Origin: Okamejei kenojei
Lineage: Eukaryota
Direction: 5' to 3'
DNA: 64,000 bases
Assembly: GCA_035221665.1 (NCBI GenBank)
Contig: CM069145.1
Span: 7,688,001 to 7,752,000 of the forward strand
Below the pieces are notes generated by a model. That model did no database searches. It worked only from the letters and a program-made list of their open reading frames with translations, and was not told the origin of the DNA. Within the stretch, counting starts at the first letter, position 1; each line of letters begins with the position of its first letter. Both the position numbers and the translations under genes were made by a program. Shown here piece after piece: positions 1 through 10,492 of the stretch.

Positions 1-1796
1 GTCCCTTGCAGTCAGAAACAGGTGAGTTGATAATGGGGAACAAGGATATGGCGGACCAATTGAATAACTACTTTGGTTCCGTCTTCACTAAGGAAGACAT
101 AAATAATCTGCCTGAAATAGCAGGGGACTGTGGGTCAAAGGAGGAATTGAGTGAAATCCAGGTCAGTCGGGAAGTGGTGTTGGGTAAATTGAATAGATTA
201 AAGGCCGATAAATCCCCAGGGCCAGATAGGCTGCATCCCAGAGTACTTAAGGAAGTAGCTCAGGAAATAGTGGATGCATTAGTGATAATCTTTCAAAACT
301 CTTTAGATTCTGGAGTAGTTCCTGAGGATTGGCGGGTAGCAAATGTAACCCCTCTTTTTAAGAAGGGAGGGAGAGAGAAAACGGGGAATTACAGACCAGT
401 TAGTCTAACATCGGTAGTGGGGAAACTGCTAGAGTCAGTTATTAAAGATGGGATAGCAGCACATTTGGAAAGTGGTGAAATCATTGGACAAAGTCAGCAT
501 GGATTTACAAAAGGTAAATCATGTCTGACGAATCTTGTGGAATTTTTCGAGGATGTAACTAGTAGCGTGGATAAGGGAGAACCAGTGGATGTGGTTTATC
601 TGGACTTCCAGAAGGCTTTCGACAAGGTCCCACATAAGAGATTAGTATACAAACTTAAAGCATACGGTATTAGGGGTTCAGTATTGGTGTGGATAGAGAA
701 CTGGCTGGCAAACAGGAAGCAAAGAGTAGGAGTAAACGGGTCCTTTTCACAATGGCAGGCAGTAACTAGTGGGGTACCGCAGGGCTCAGTGCTGGGACCC
801 CAGCTATTTATAATATATATTAATGATCTGGATGAGGGAATTGAAGGCAATATCTCCAAGTTTGCGGATGACACTAAGCTGGGGGGCAGTGTTCGCTGTG
901 AGGAGGATGCTAGGAGACTGCAAGGTGACTTGGATAGGCTGGGTGAGTGGGCAAATGTTTGGCAGATGCAGTATAATGTGGATAAATGTGAGGTTATCCA
1001 CTTTGGTGGCAAAAACAGGAAAGCAGACTATTATTTAAATGGTGGCCAATTAGGAAAAGGGGAGATGCAGCGAGACCTGGGTGTCATGGTACACCAGTCA
1101 TTGAAAGTAGGCATGCAGGTGCAGCAGGCAGTGAAAAAAGCGAATGGTATGTTAGCTTTCATAGCAAAAGGATTTGAGTACAGGAGCAGGGAGGTTCTAC
1201 TTCAGTTGTACAGGGTCTTGGTGAGACCACACCTGGAGTATTGCGTGCAGTTTTGGTCTCCAAATCTGAGGAAGGACATTATTGCCATAGAGGGAGTGCA
1301 GAGAAGGTTCACCAGACTGATTCCTGGGATGTCAGGACTGTCTTATGAAGAAAGACTGGATAGACTTGGTTTATACTCTCTGGAATTTAGGAGATTAAGA
1401 GGGGATCATAGAAACTTACAAAATTCTTAAGGGGTTGGACAGGCTAGATGCAGGAAGATTGTTCCCGATGTTGGGGAAGTCCAGGACAAGGGGTCACAGC
1501 TTAAGGATAAGGGGGAAATCCTTTAAGACCGAGATGAGAAAGACCTTTTTCACACAGAGAGTGGTGAGTCTCTGGAACTCTCTGCCACAGAGGGTAGTTG
1601 AGGCCAGTTCATTGGCTATATTTAAGAGTGAGTTGGATGTGGCCCTTGTGGCTAAGGGGATCAGAGGGTATGGAGAGAAGGAAGGTACGGGATACTGAGT
1701 TGGATGATCAGCCATGATCATATTGAATGGCGGTGCAGGCTCGAAGGGCTGAATGGCCTACTCCTGCACCTAATTTCTATGTTTCTATGTTTCTAT
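1..1796 (+). mobile_element. CR1-clade LINE, 3' part of ORF2 (reverse transcriptase) plus 3' UTR; young copy
   Basis: ORF 6..1430 has KSPGPD, NYRPVSLTS, YLDFQKAFDKVPH, GVPQGSVLGP, KFADD and RPHLEYCVQFWSP. One frameshift near 1407 continues into ORF 1435..1698 (WNSLP..VV). Ends in a (TTTCTATG)n tail. Confidence 0.95.
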
Positions 1797-2012
1797 TCCA
1801 CTGGGGTATAAGCTGCCCAAGCGCTATATGAGCTGTTGATCCTCCAATTTGTGCTGGGCCTCACTCAGACAATGGAGGAGGCCCAGGACAGAAAGGTCAG
1901 ATTGAGAATGGGAGGGGAAGTTAAAGTGTTTAGCAACCGGGAGATCAGGTAGGTTTAAGCAGACTGAGCGGTGGTGTTCAGCGAAACGGCCGCCAAGCCC
2001 GCGCTTGGTCAA
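1797..2012 (-). mobile_element. Penelope-like element fragment (GIY-YIG C-terminal part)
   Basis: Translation TKRGLGGRFAEHHRSV..DLPVAKHFN..H..SDLSVLGL matches the longer copy at 51577-51837. Confidence 0.85.
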
Positions 2013-2454
2013 GTTATTTCAAGCCGTATGGAATTTAATGCTGTTTGTTGCAAATAGGCTAATTTGCTGTTGCCAATGCGATAGAGTTGTTTTTCACAGC
2101 AATGCTATCAACTAAAAGGTAGCAAGTAACAACACATTCTAAACTATCTTTTCTGGTGTATTCGATCAGTCTGCATCCATTGGATTATTTGGTTTGATTG
2201 TAGCACCTTGCACTGAAACATTATTTCAAGACGTATGGAATTGAATGCTGTTTACTGACAATAGGATAATTAGCTGTTTCCAATGTGGTAGTTGTTTTTC
2301 ATAGCATGGCTATCAACTACAAGGTAGCAAGCAACAACATGTTCTAAACTATCTTTTCTGATGTATTTGATCATCGTACATCCATTGGAGTATTTGGTTT
2401 GATTGTAATACCTTGCACTTAAAGTTATTTCAAGACGTATGGAATTGAATGCTG
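2011..2454. repeat. Tandem repeat, ~206-bp unit, ~2.2 copies
   Basis: TTATTTCAAG(C/A)CGTATGGAATT(T/G)AATGCTG recurs at ~2014, ~2221 and ~2425, and the intervening sequences are similar. Confidence 0.85.
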
Positions 2455-3780
2455 GAGTAACTCAGTGGGACAGGCAGCATTTCTGGAGAGAAGGAATGGG
2501 TGACGTTTCAGGTCAAGACTAGAGCTGCCAAGTTTTGTCAGAACATTACAGTACTCTAGTACCTGAAAATCAATATTTTGCCGAGAAAATCAGTATTTTT
2601 ACGCAGTGCAATTTTGCTGAAAAAAGTTATGTTTTATGTGCAGTTATACCCATGTTAGAGTACAAGAATGCATAACTTTGCTACCAATTAACATGTCTTC
2701 TATGAACCTTACTGGACAGTGCATTCATTATCATCTTTGTATACTGCTGTTTGAAAGGGTGCTTCCTGCTTTTAGCACCAGATGTAGAAGCCATTTTGGA
2801 AGCCACCCTCTCCCTCACTCGCTCTCCCTCCTTCCACTTTTTCCCCTCCCTCTCTCTCCCCCCCTCCTTCCTTTTTTTCTCCCTCCCTCCTTCTTCCTCT
2901 CTCCCTCCCCTAACAGTCGGTAACCTACAGCGCTACGTGTAAAGCCCATAGCGCTATGTGTAAAGGCAATAACGCTCCAGGTGGGAGCGCAGTTTTTAGA
3001 ACCCATAGCGCTGTTAAGTTTAAATTCCCACGCATTAAACTGACAGCACTGTTTAAACCTGGAGCTGAACAGGGAGATCAAAGCGTACAAAAATAATTAT
3101 CCAAATCTTGAAATGTTAAATGCTAATAGATTTAATCTGCTATAAATTTTAGAGGTACAGTATGACTTTTTATATCCATGCATTTAAGCAGCAAGATGAA
3201 ACAGTAAGTCGGGTTAATTTTTTTAAAATCCGTATCTTACAAAGCAAATCCATACTTCCGTATTCTGATCGCATTTCCGTACAAAATACGGAAAATCCGT
3301 ACTACTTGGCAGCTCTGCAAGACCCTTCTTCAGACAGATGTCAGGGAGAGGGAGATACACAGATAAGGAAGTGTAAGATGTGAAAATAGGACACAGGGAA
3401 TGGAGGTGAAGGAAAATGTAGAATGAAGAAGGTAACAACAAAGCAAACAGATAAAATTCAGCCGGAGGCAGCAAGACTGGGGAACTAGGAAAGGGGGAGG
3501 GATGGAGAGAGAGGGAAAGAAAGGGTTACTTGAAGTTAGAGAAGTCAATGTTCATACCACTGGGGTGTAAGCTGCCCAAGCGAAATATGAGGTGCTGCTC
3601 CTCCAATTTGCACGGAGCCTCACTCTGACAATGGAGGAGGCCCAGAACAGAACGATCAGTGTGGGAATGGGAGGGGGAGTTACAGCGTTTAGCAACCGGG
3701 AGATCAGGTTGGTTTAGGTGGACTGAGCAGAGGTGTTGAGCGAAATGCTCTCCGAGCTGTCCGGCGAGACCAAGTGCAGG
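2450..3780 (-). mobile_element. Penelope 3' end (GIY-YIG tail plus hammerhead-bearing terminal repeat), split by a DNA transposon
   Basis: 2450-2519 joins seamlessly to 3324 onward (GGTCAAGAC/CCTTCTTCAGAC). ORF 3526..3804 has DLPVAKRCNSPSHSHTD..LEEQHLIFRLGSLHPSGMN. Confidence 0.85.
2520..3317. mobile_element. Non-autonomous TIR DNA transposon (hAT-like)
   Basis: TIRs TAGAGCTGCCAAG and CTTGGCAGCTCTG. 6-bp TSD CAAGAC at 2514-2519 and 3318-3323. Confidence 0.75.
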
Positions 3781-3799
3781 CTCGGTGGTCGTTTCTCTG

Positions 3800-4082
3800 A
3801 ACACCTACTTGAACAAAAGGAATAAATTTCAGTGCAAGATAAAATCCAGTAAAGTTCGATCAAAGGGTCTTCAATGAGGTACATAGTACTCAGGACCGCT
3901 CTCTAGTTGTTGGAAGGATGGTTCAGTTGTATACTGGGAAGAAACTGTCTCTGAATCTGGAGGTATGCGTTTACACACTTGTGTGCTTCCTGCCTGATGG
4001 GAGAGGGCAGAAGAGGGAGTGCCCTGGGTGAGACTCATCCTTGATTATGCTGGTGATCTTGCCGAGACAGCGTGGTGTAGAT
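3800..4082 (-). mobile_element. Rex/Babar-type LINE 3' fragment
   Basis: Reverse complement encodes a degenerate LPSGR...RFRDSFFP segment, similar to 20345-20730. Confidence 0.55.
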
Positions 4083-4489
4083 CAACTGTCCTCCACTCAG
4101 TATTCAACGTCCCCAATGATGCAGGATTACCAAATGGACATACTCCTCTTCAACAATCATCGAGATATTTCACTATGGCATATCCAGAAAAGAGGCCAAC
4201 TTTGGTGGTATTAGGCCGGAATTTGCTCGTTAATTGCAGTATGTTGTTTGCAGGTTAAGGAACGTCCATAATGTGGGATGTTTCTAAAAGTGTGATGACA
4301 GGATTTCAGGGCATGCATGTTCTTGTCAGAGTGATGGACAAGGAAGGTGGGGGGGTACGGAAATGTGTATATCAAAAGAAATTGATGCTCTGGCCAGGAA
4401 ATAGTAGGCATGGGACAGGTATAGGCAGTTGGGATCAAGTGTATCCCTGGTTGAATTTTGAGAACTGAGGAGCATACTTAAGGAAATCA

Positions 4490-6560
4490 GAGGGCAAAAG
4501 GGTGACACACAAAATAGCCCTGGCAGATAGTATTAACAGAAATCTTTTTTTTTAATTTTTTTAAGGGAAAGAAGTTGAAAGAGAAAATAGAGCCTCCCAG
4601 AATCCAAAGCAGTCATTACTGTGTGGAGCCACAGGAGATGGGCAAAGTTCTCAATGAGCATTTTTTCTTTTTTTTTTTTAACCATGGCAAAAGACATGAA
4701 GACTGAGGAATTTGGGACAGTTAATGGAAGTGTCCTGAGTAGAGACAGTATTACGGTCAAGGAGGTGCTGGGCGTCTGAAGCCGTGCAAAGATAGACAAA
4801 GCTCCCGGCCTGATCAGATATATAAGAGGACACTGTGGGAAGCGGGAAAATAAATTGCAGGCGCCCCAGCTGGGATATACAAATCATCATTAGATACGGG
4901 TGAGGTGCTGGAAGACCAGTGGCTAATGTTGTGTCTCTATTTAAGAAAGGTTGCAAGAAAAATCCTGGGAACTATACACCAGTGAGCCTAATATTTGTGG
5001 TAGGCAGGAGAGTATTCCGAGGGATAAGATATATATGTATGTGGATACAGCGACTGTTTAGGGATAGTTTTATATGCGGGACATCGTGTTTCAGGAATGA
5101 GTTTTTTGAAGATGTAACCAAAAATGTCAATGAGGGCAAAGCCTTATGTTGATTTTTTTGGATTTCAGCAAGGCATTTGATAAGGTTCCACATTGCAGGC
5201 TACTCTGGAATGTTAGATTGCATAAGAACCAGGGAGAGCTAGCCAAATGGGTAGAAAATTGGCTTCATGGAAAGAAGCAGAGTGATGGTGGAAGGTTGTT
5301 TTTCAGACCAGAGGCCTGTGACTTGTGATGCACTTCAGGGATCAGTGCTGGGCTCATTGATCTTTGCAGTTAATACCAATGATTTGGACGAGAATGTATG
5401 AGGCAAGATTAGTAGATCTGCAGATGGCACTATAGTGGATAGTATTGTAGATAGCAAAGATGGTTATCAAAATATTACGACAGGGTTTTCATCAGTTGGG
5501 CAAGTGGCTGAGGAATGGTCAATAGTTTACTGCGGATAAGAGAGGTGTTGCATTTTGGGAAGTCGAACCAGAGCAGGAACTTCACAGTGAATGGGGAGTG
5601 CGGTAGAGCAGAGGAATCTCGGAATGCAGGTACATAGTTCCTTGAAAGTAACATCACAGGTAGATAGGGTGGTTAAAAAGGCTCATCACAGGTAGATAGG
5701 GTGGTTAAAAAGGCTCTCGGCACATTGGCCTTCATCAGTCAGGGTGTTGAGTATAGAAGTTGGGGTGTTCTGTTACAGTGTACAAGACATTGATGAGGCA
5801 CCATTTGGAGTATTGTTGTCATTTTGGTCAGCCTGCTGTAGGAAAGGTGTTGTTAAGCTGAAATGTGCAGAGAAGATTTAAGAGGATGTTACCGGGACTT
5901 GCGTGCCTGAGCCACAGGGTGGTTGGAAGACTCGCCAACCACCCTGTAGCTCAGGCACGCAAGTCCCGGTAACATCCTCTTATTCTTTGAAGAGCAGGAA
6001 GATAAGGGGTGATCTTATTGAAGTGCGCAAGATCATGAGGGGAATACATTGGGTAGATGTACAGATTGTTTTACCCAGGGAATCAAAAACCAGAAGTCAT
6101 AGGTTTACGATGAGAGGGGGAAGATTTAATAGGAATCCGGGAAGAAACTTTTTCACATAGGGTGGTGGATATATGGAACAAGTTGCCAAAGAAGGGTACA
6201 CAAAATGCTGGAGAAACTCAGCGGGTGCACCAGCATCTATGGAGCGAAGTAAATGGAAGAAGGGTTTCGGCCCAAAACGTTGCCCATCTCCTTCGCTCCA
6301 TAGATGCTGCTGCACCTGCTGAGTTTCTCCAGCATTTTGTGTACCCTCGATTTTCCAGCATCTGCAGTTCCTTCTTTAACAAGTTGCCAGAGGAGGTGGT
6401 TGAGGCAGGAACTATAACAACATTCAGAAGACATTTGCACAGCAACATGGATATGAAAGGTTTAGAGGGATGGGCCACATGCAGGACAGTGTAGAATTCG
6501 TCTTGATCAGAGTGGGCGAGTTGGGCTGAAGGGCATGTTTTCATACTGTATTACTCTATT
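4490..6560 (+). mobile_element. Degraded CR1 LINE ORF2 and 3' end
   Basis: Fragments ANVVSLFKKG..NPGNY.PVSL, LDFSKAFDKVPH and WNKLPEEVVEAG, with many stops and frameshifts. 32-bp internal tandem duplication at ~5652-5715. Confidence 0.9.
6189..6377. mobile_element. Palindromic Penelope-derived short element nested in CR1
   Basis: Inverted arms (GGGTACACAAAATGCTGGAGAAACTCAGC... and ...GCTGAGTTTCTCCAGCATTTTGTGTACCC). 12-bp TSD AACAAGTTGCCA at 6177-6188 and 6378-6389. Confidence 0.85.
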
Positions 6561-8379
6561 GCATAGTTTTATCACAATGACTCATGTATACAATTTCATT
6601 TCATTAAACTTGTTCTTAAAATACTTTGCATTACTTCCTTTCTAAGTGTTTCAGCAACATTAAGTTTCAATTTCAATTTCTAAACCAGTTCAGAATCTTT
6701 GTCCAAACAAATCAATCATAAAGTCATTCAAGAATCTTTCATTGTTTTAATAATTATTTAAATTGAGAGATCAAGATCACAGTAAGAAAGGAGGTAATTT
6801 TATCCTAGGACATATGCCAACTCTCTGAAAGAGAAATCCATCTTTTGGTTTTACCTCTTCTCAAATATGCATCTTTACATGAGTCTTCCACTACACCTCT
6901 AGCCAAACTACATAAATTCCCCATTTTGTACAGAATCATAAAATGGAAAGGCTATGGTTGACAAACTGGTGGTTAACAAATTGAAAAAAAATCTCTTAAT
7001 ATGTTGCATATACAAACATACATGTTCCCCATCTTAACAACCCCTTTCCCATGTAAACAATTATATAATGGAAGGTACTATAAACCCTTGGGGGATACCC
7101 TCTGCCAAATATGCCTGAAGCTATTCAATCTCCTCCCTACAACATCCTGAAGCCGCGGTCTGGTAGGAAAGTGCCAATTTGGGCACTCCAAGACGCGGAG
7201 TGTGTTCGACCATCCCAACATCGGAGTTTGGAGCATCCCGACGAGAGGGCCTCTACATCGGGCCGTCCGTAGCAGCGGCTACGGAGGATTCATGGCCCAG
7301 ACCACGGGTGAACAAAGGAGGAGGACTGACTGAACTTTGTGCCTTCCACCTCAGTGAAGAATGTGGTGGATGTTTGTGTTAAATCTTATTGTGTATTGTG
7401 TATTCTTTTTAAGTGCATGTGACAAATAACATTGACTTTGGATGCAGTAAATCAAAAGCAAAATAGGCTGGTTTTAACAAACTGAAACTTCCAAGTCATT
7501 CATTTAATCACCAGTGTTGCCAGATGGAGTGTGCAGGTGCTCAAGAGAATTCCCTAACTTTCCCATACCCCATTTTAAATAACGTTAGTGGCACAGATTC
7601 TTTCCCACTAATCTGATCAAAAAACACTCCACTTAAATATTACTGTATCCAGCAGTTGAAAGACATGTTACCAAAAGTGTTCCTTATTATTCACTGTAGT
7701 AGCAAACAAAATCTTTGTTAAATGACAAATTAAATTAAACTTTGCAGCAGTGAAGATTCCTCTTCTATTTCCATTTTGACCATTTTGTTAACCACAGGGG
7801 AGTCTTTTATTGAATGAGGGTATCAAGCGATACACCTACATTGCAACAATAACAAGAAAGGACAGTTAGTCTACAGTGGGAGTTTGTATAAGCAGTGTGT
7901 TAAGTTTTCAGTTTTCTTAATAACTAATTATTCTTTGTTGATATCCATTATGTCTTGTATGAATCAGCTCTGCATACTGAAGACATTACTTGCCATAAAT
8001 AGCTTTGGGTTGCAGATCTTTCTGACTAAAGGATGATGCATTGATTTTCTAGATCACCACATGAACCAGAGAAAAATAAAAACATTAAATTATATTTACA
8101 ATGCAAAGCACTTTTCTTAAAATGTGTCCCAATGCATTTCACAACCTATTAGTTCTGAAAATTCTCTGCTCTCGTTGAGTAGGAAACACTGCAGCCAACT
8201 CGCAAACAAAATTTTCATGAACAACATGGTCAACCAAATATTGGATTTTTTCCTGTTTAGTTTCTAACCGATATACAAGAAAGATTTATTTGCCCCAAGT
8301 CCTGAACATATGCAATTCATTATTCACTGTCCAAAAGTCTTAAAAATAAAACCCATACACATTTAGTATTAAACCAAAG

Positions 8380-8525
8380 TGATTGGATTTGAATGGGTGT
8401 CAGTGGTTACAGGGAGAAGGCAGATGAATTAAGTTAGGAGGGAGAGATAGATCAGCCATGACTGAATGGCAGAGATTTGATGGGCCGAATGGCCTAATCC
8501 TGCTCCCATCATTAATTACATTATG
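8380..8525 (+). mobile_element. CR1 3' terminal fragment
   Basis: GATCAGCCATGA..GAATGGC..TGATGGGCCGAATGGCCTAATCCTGCTCC matches the CR1 3' UTRs at ~1705-1770 and ~33070. Confidence 0.75.
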
Positions 8526-9000
8526 AACAACAAAGTTCCCATGTCCAAGCAAAAATTGTAGATGGAAATCTACAAGAAATTGCTAGAAATGGTTAGCAAT
8601 GCTTTTTCTACAAAATCTACTTTTTGAATGCTTTATTTTGATTTGCTCAATAATCTATACTCAATGAAATCAGAATGAACAAAATAATTAATTGACATTT
8701 CTCAGTTTTAAAAAAAGTACTATAATTTCATAATAAAAACAGATAAAACTGAGGATCAGATGTTTTCATTTAAATATATACATTTCCTTGATTCAAACTG
8801 ATGAGAAATGCAGTTCTTCCTATTTTTAAAAAAATATCACCTCTATTGTACTTTAAAATGTATAATTACTATTCCAAGTATTGAACAATAAAAAGGTTAT
8901 CAATGGAATTGGAATGAGAATTACTGAAATTTAAGGTATCAAAATTCCTCATTTTAATTTTTTCCAACAATTATATTGCCCATTACAAAAAAACAATAAA

Positions 9001-9340
9001 AAGACACAAAGTGCTGTAGTATCGTCAGGCAGCATTTCTAGAGTACATGGACAGGTGACGTTTCGGGTCGGGACCCGTCTTCAGACTGATGTCACAAAAT
9101 GTTGGGAGTAATTCAGCAGGACAGGCAGCATCTATGGATAGAAGGAATGGGTGACCCTCGGTTTGAGATCTTTCTTCAGAAGAAGCAGCCTGTCTCGCTG
9201 AGTTACTCCAGCATTTTGTGTCTATCTTCGGTGCAAACCAGCATCTGCAGTTCCTTCTTTTACATTCAGACTGATTGCGGTGGGCTGCAAGAGCGGTGAA
9301 GGCAGGACAAAGCCCGGCAAGTGATAGGCAGATTGTTGAA
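9001..9340 (-). mobile_element. Two nested Penelope-derived hammerhead elements
   Basis: The inner copy is flanked by an 11-bp TSD TTCAGACTGAT (9080-9090, 9265-9275). The outer copy retains an intact core. Confidence 0.75.
9057..9084 (-). ncRNA. Minimal type I hammerhead ribozyme core (Penelope type), sense in MARCHF5 intron 1
   Basis: - strand reads CUGAAGA-C-GGGUCCCGACCC-GAAAC-GUC. Confidence 0.7.
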
Positions 9341-9708
9341 CAGACAATATTCCCTACCGTTAAATTAAAATGATGTTAATGTTTATAAATACTTAAAATA
9401 TTATAAATTCCCCAGGTTTAACTTGTATCATACCACACGGATAAGCAGTGGGTATTGAACTGATTATATAATAGGTAGAAAAATCTAATCTAACAGTAAA
9501 ATCAGAAATAAGAAATCAACATGTACGTCTTTCTAGGGATATATTTTGCTCATGCCCGGGACCAAAACCACAAGCGATAAGATCACTTCCAACCAAGATC
9601 TGTTCACACAATCCTATTCCAATACAAGAGAGCGTTTATGGGCCAGGATCGCAGGGAATGAAACGTTTTGTGAGCAGAGCGAGAGTAAATGAGCACTCGG
9701 ACACTCAC

Positions 9709-9758
9709 CTATCGAGCGGCTGGGACGGGGCAGGCACCAGCTCCGCGCCGTCCGACAT
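9709..9758 (-). CDS. MARCHF5: MARCHF5 (mitochondrial RING-CH E3 ligase MITOL), coding exon 1
   Basis: aagATG start, encodes MSDGAELVPAPSQPLD-R, phase-2 donor AG|GTGAGT. Matches the ...LDR| end of vertebrate MARCHF5 exon 1 and the head-to-head CPEB3/MARCHF5 arrangement known from human. Exon 2 is not in the window. Confidence 0.8.
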
Positions 9759-10245
9759 CTTCCAGCGATCCGCTCCCGCCGCTCGTCTATGTCAGGAGAT
9801 GCATGTGAAGGTTCGCGCTGGGCCTGGCGTGTGGCTTTAACCCCCCACCCACCCACAGCGATACGCCGGGGACGGTTCAGCAAAGAAAACAAAACGCCTC
9901 GGCGCGGACAAGCCCGCAGCGAGGGAGGGAGGGAGCGAGGGAGGGAAGGCGGCGGCGGCGGCGGCTGAACGCCCCGGCCCCGGCCCCGGCCCCGGCCTCA
10001 GCCTCTAGGCCCAAACACGCACCAACCTCCCTCGTGGGTGGGGTGGGGTGGGTGAAGGCGCCGATTGTTTGTATTTTACAACCGCCCGCTGTTTCCAGAC
10101 AGAAAGCACGACTCGCAGGCCCAGGCCGCGGCCTCCACTCGCTCGCTCGCTCGCTCACTGTGAGGGAATAATAGCGCCGAGACAACCGGAAGTGCGCGGC
10201 CGCCACTCATCAAGCGGGGCGGGCGGTCCGTGCCCCTGCCGCCGT

Positions 10246-10264
10246 GCATGCTGGGAGATGTAGT
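10246..10264 (-). promoter_or_regulatory. ZNF143/THAP11 SBS motif
   Basis: Reverse complement is ACTACATCTCCCAGCATGC, near consensus. A weaker copy in the opposite orientation (ACTGCATTTGCCGCAATGCA) lies at 10316-10335. Confidence 0.8.
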
Positions 10265-10269
10265 TCCAC

Positions 10270-10492
10270 ACCGCCGCGACGCCGCGCGGGGCCGCCCGAG
10301 CCCGACCCAGCCGGGACTGCATTTGCCGCAATGCACTGCTTCGCCCATCCAGGAGCACGAATGGGATCCTTCAGTCTAGGGTTTGCTTGGTCCTTGGTTA
10401 GATGGGTAAACCATTTGGAAGTTTGCGCTACCACCAGAACAGAATTGGCACATTTTTCTTACTTACAAACTAATTCAAAGGTTCATACTAAG
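10270..10492 (+). other. CPEB3: Candidate non-coding first exon of CPEB3 (start uncertain)
   Basis: Downstream edge of the CpG island followed by donor-like AAG|GTAACT at 10492/10493. Inferred only. Confidence 0.3.

Larger units (their letters stand above)
9640..10350. promoter_or_regulatory. CpG island, bidirectional MARCHF5/CPEB3 promoter
   Basis: Sharp GC/CpG enrichment. ETS/GABP site CCGGAAGT at 10186-10193, GC boxes at ~10216-10226, ZNF143-type sites. Confidence 0.9.

Noticed and set aside
6-1698. Active or domesticated reverse transcriptase gene
   Set aside because: Ordinary CR1 ORF2 with a frameshift near 1407. Its 5' part is outside the window.
1-9708. MARCHF5 exon 2 (RING-CH domain)
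   Set aside because: No SCWVCF-like coding segment was found on the - strand. It is presumably outside the window.
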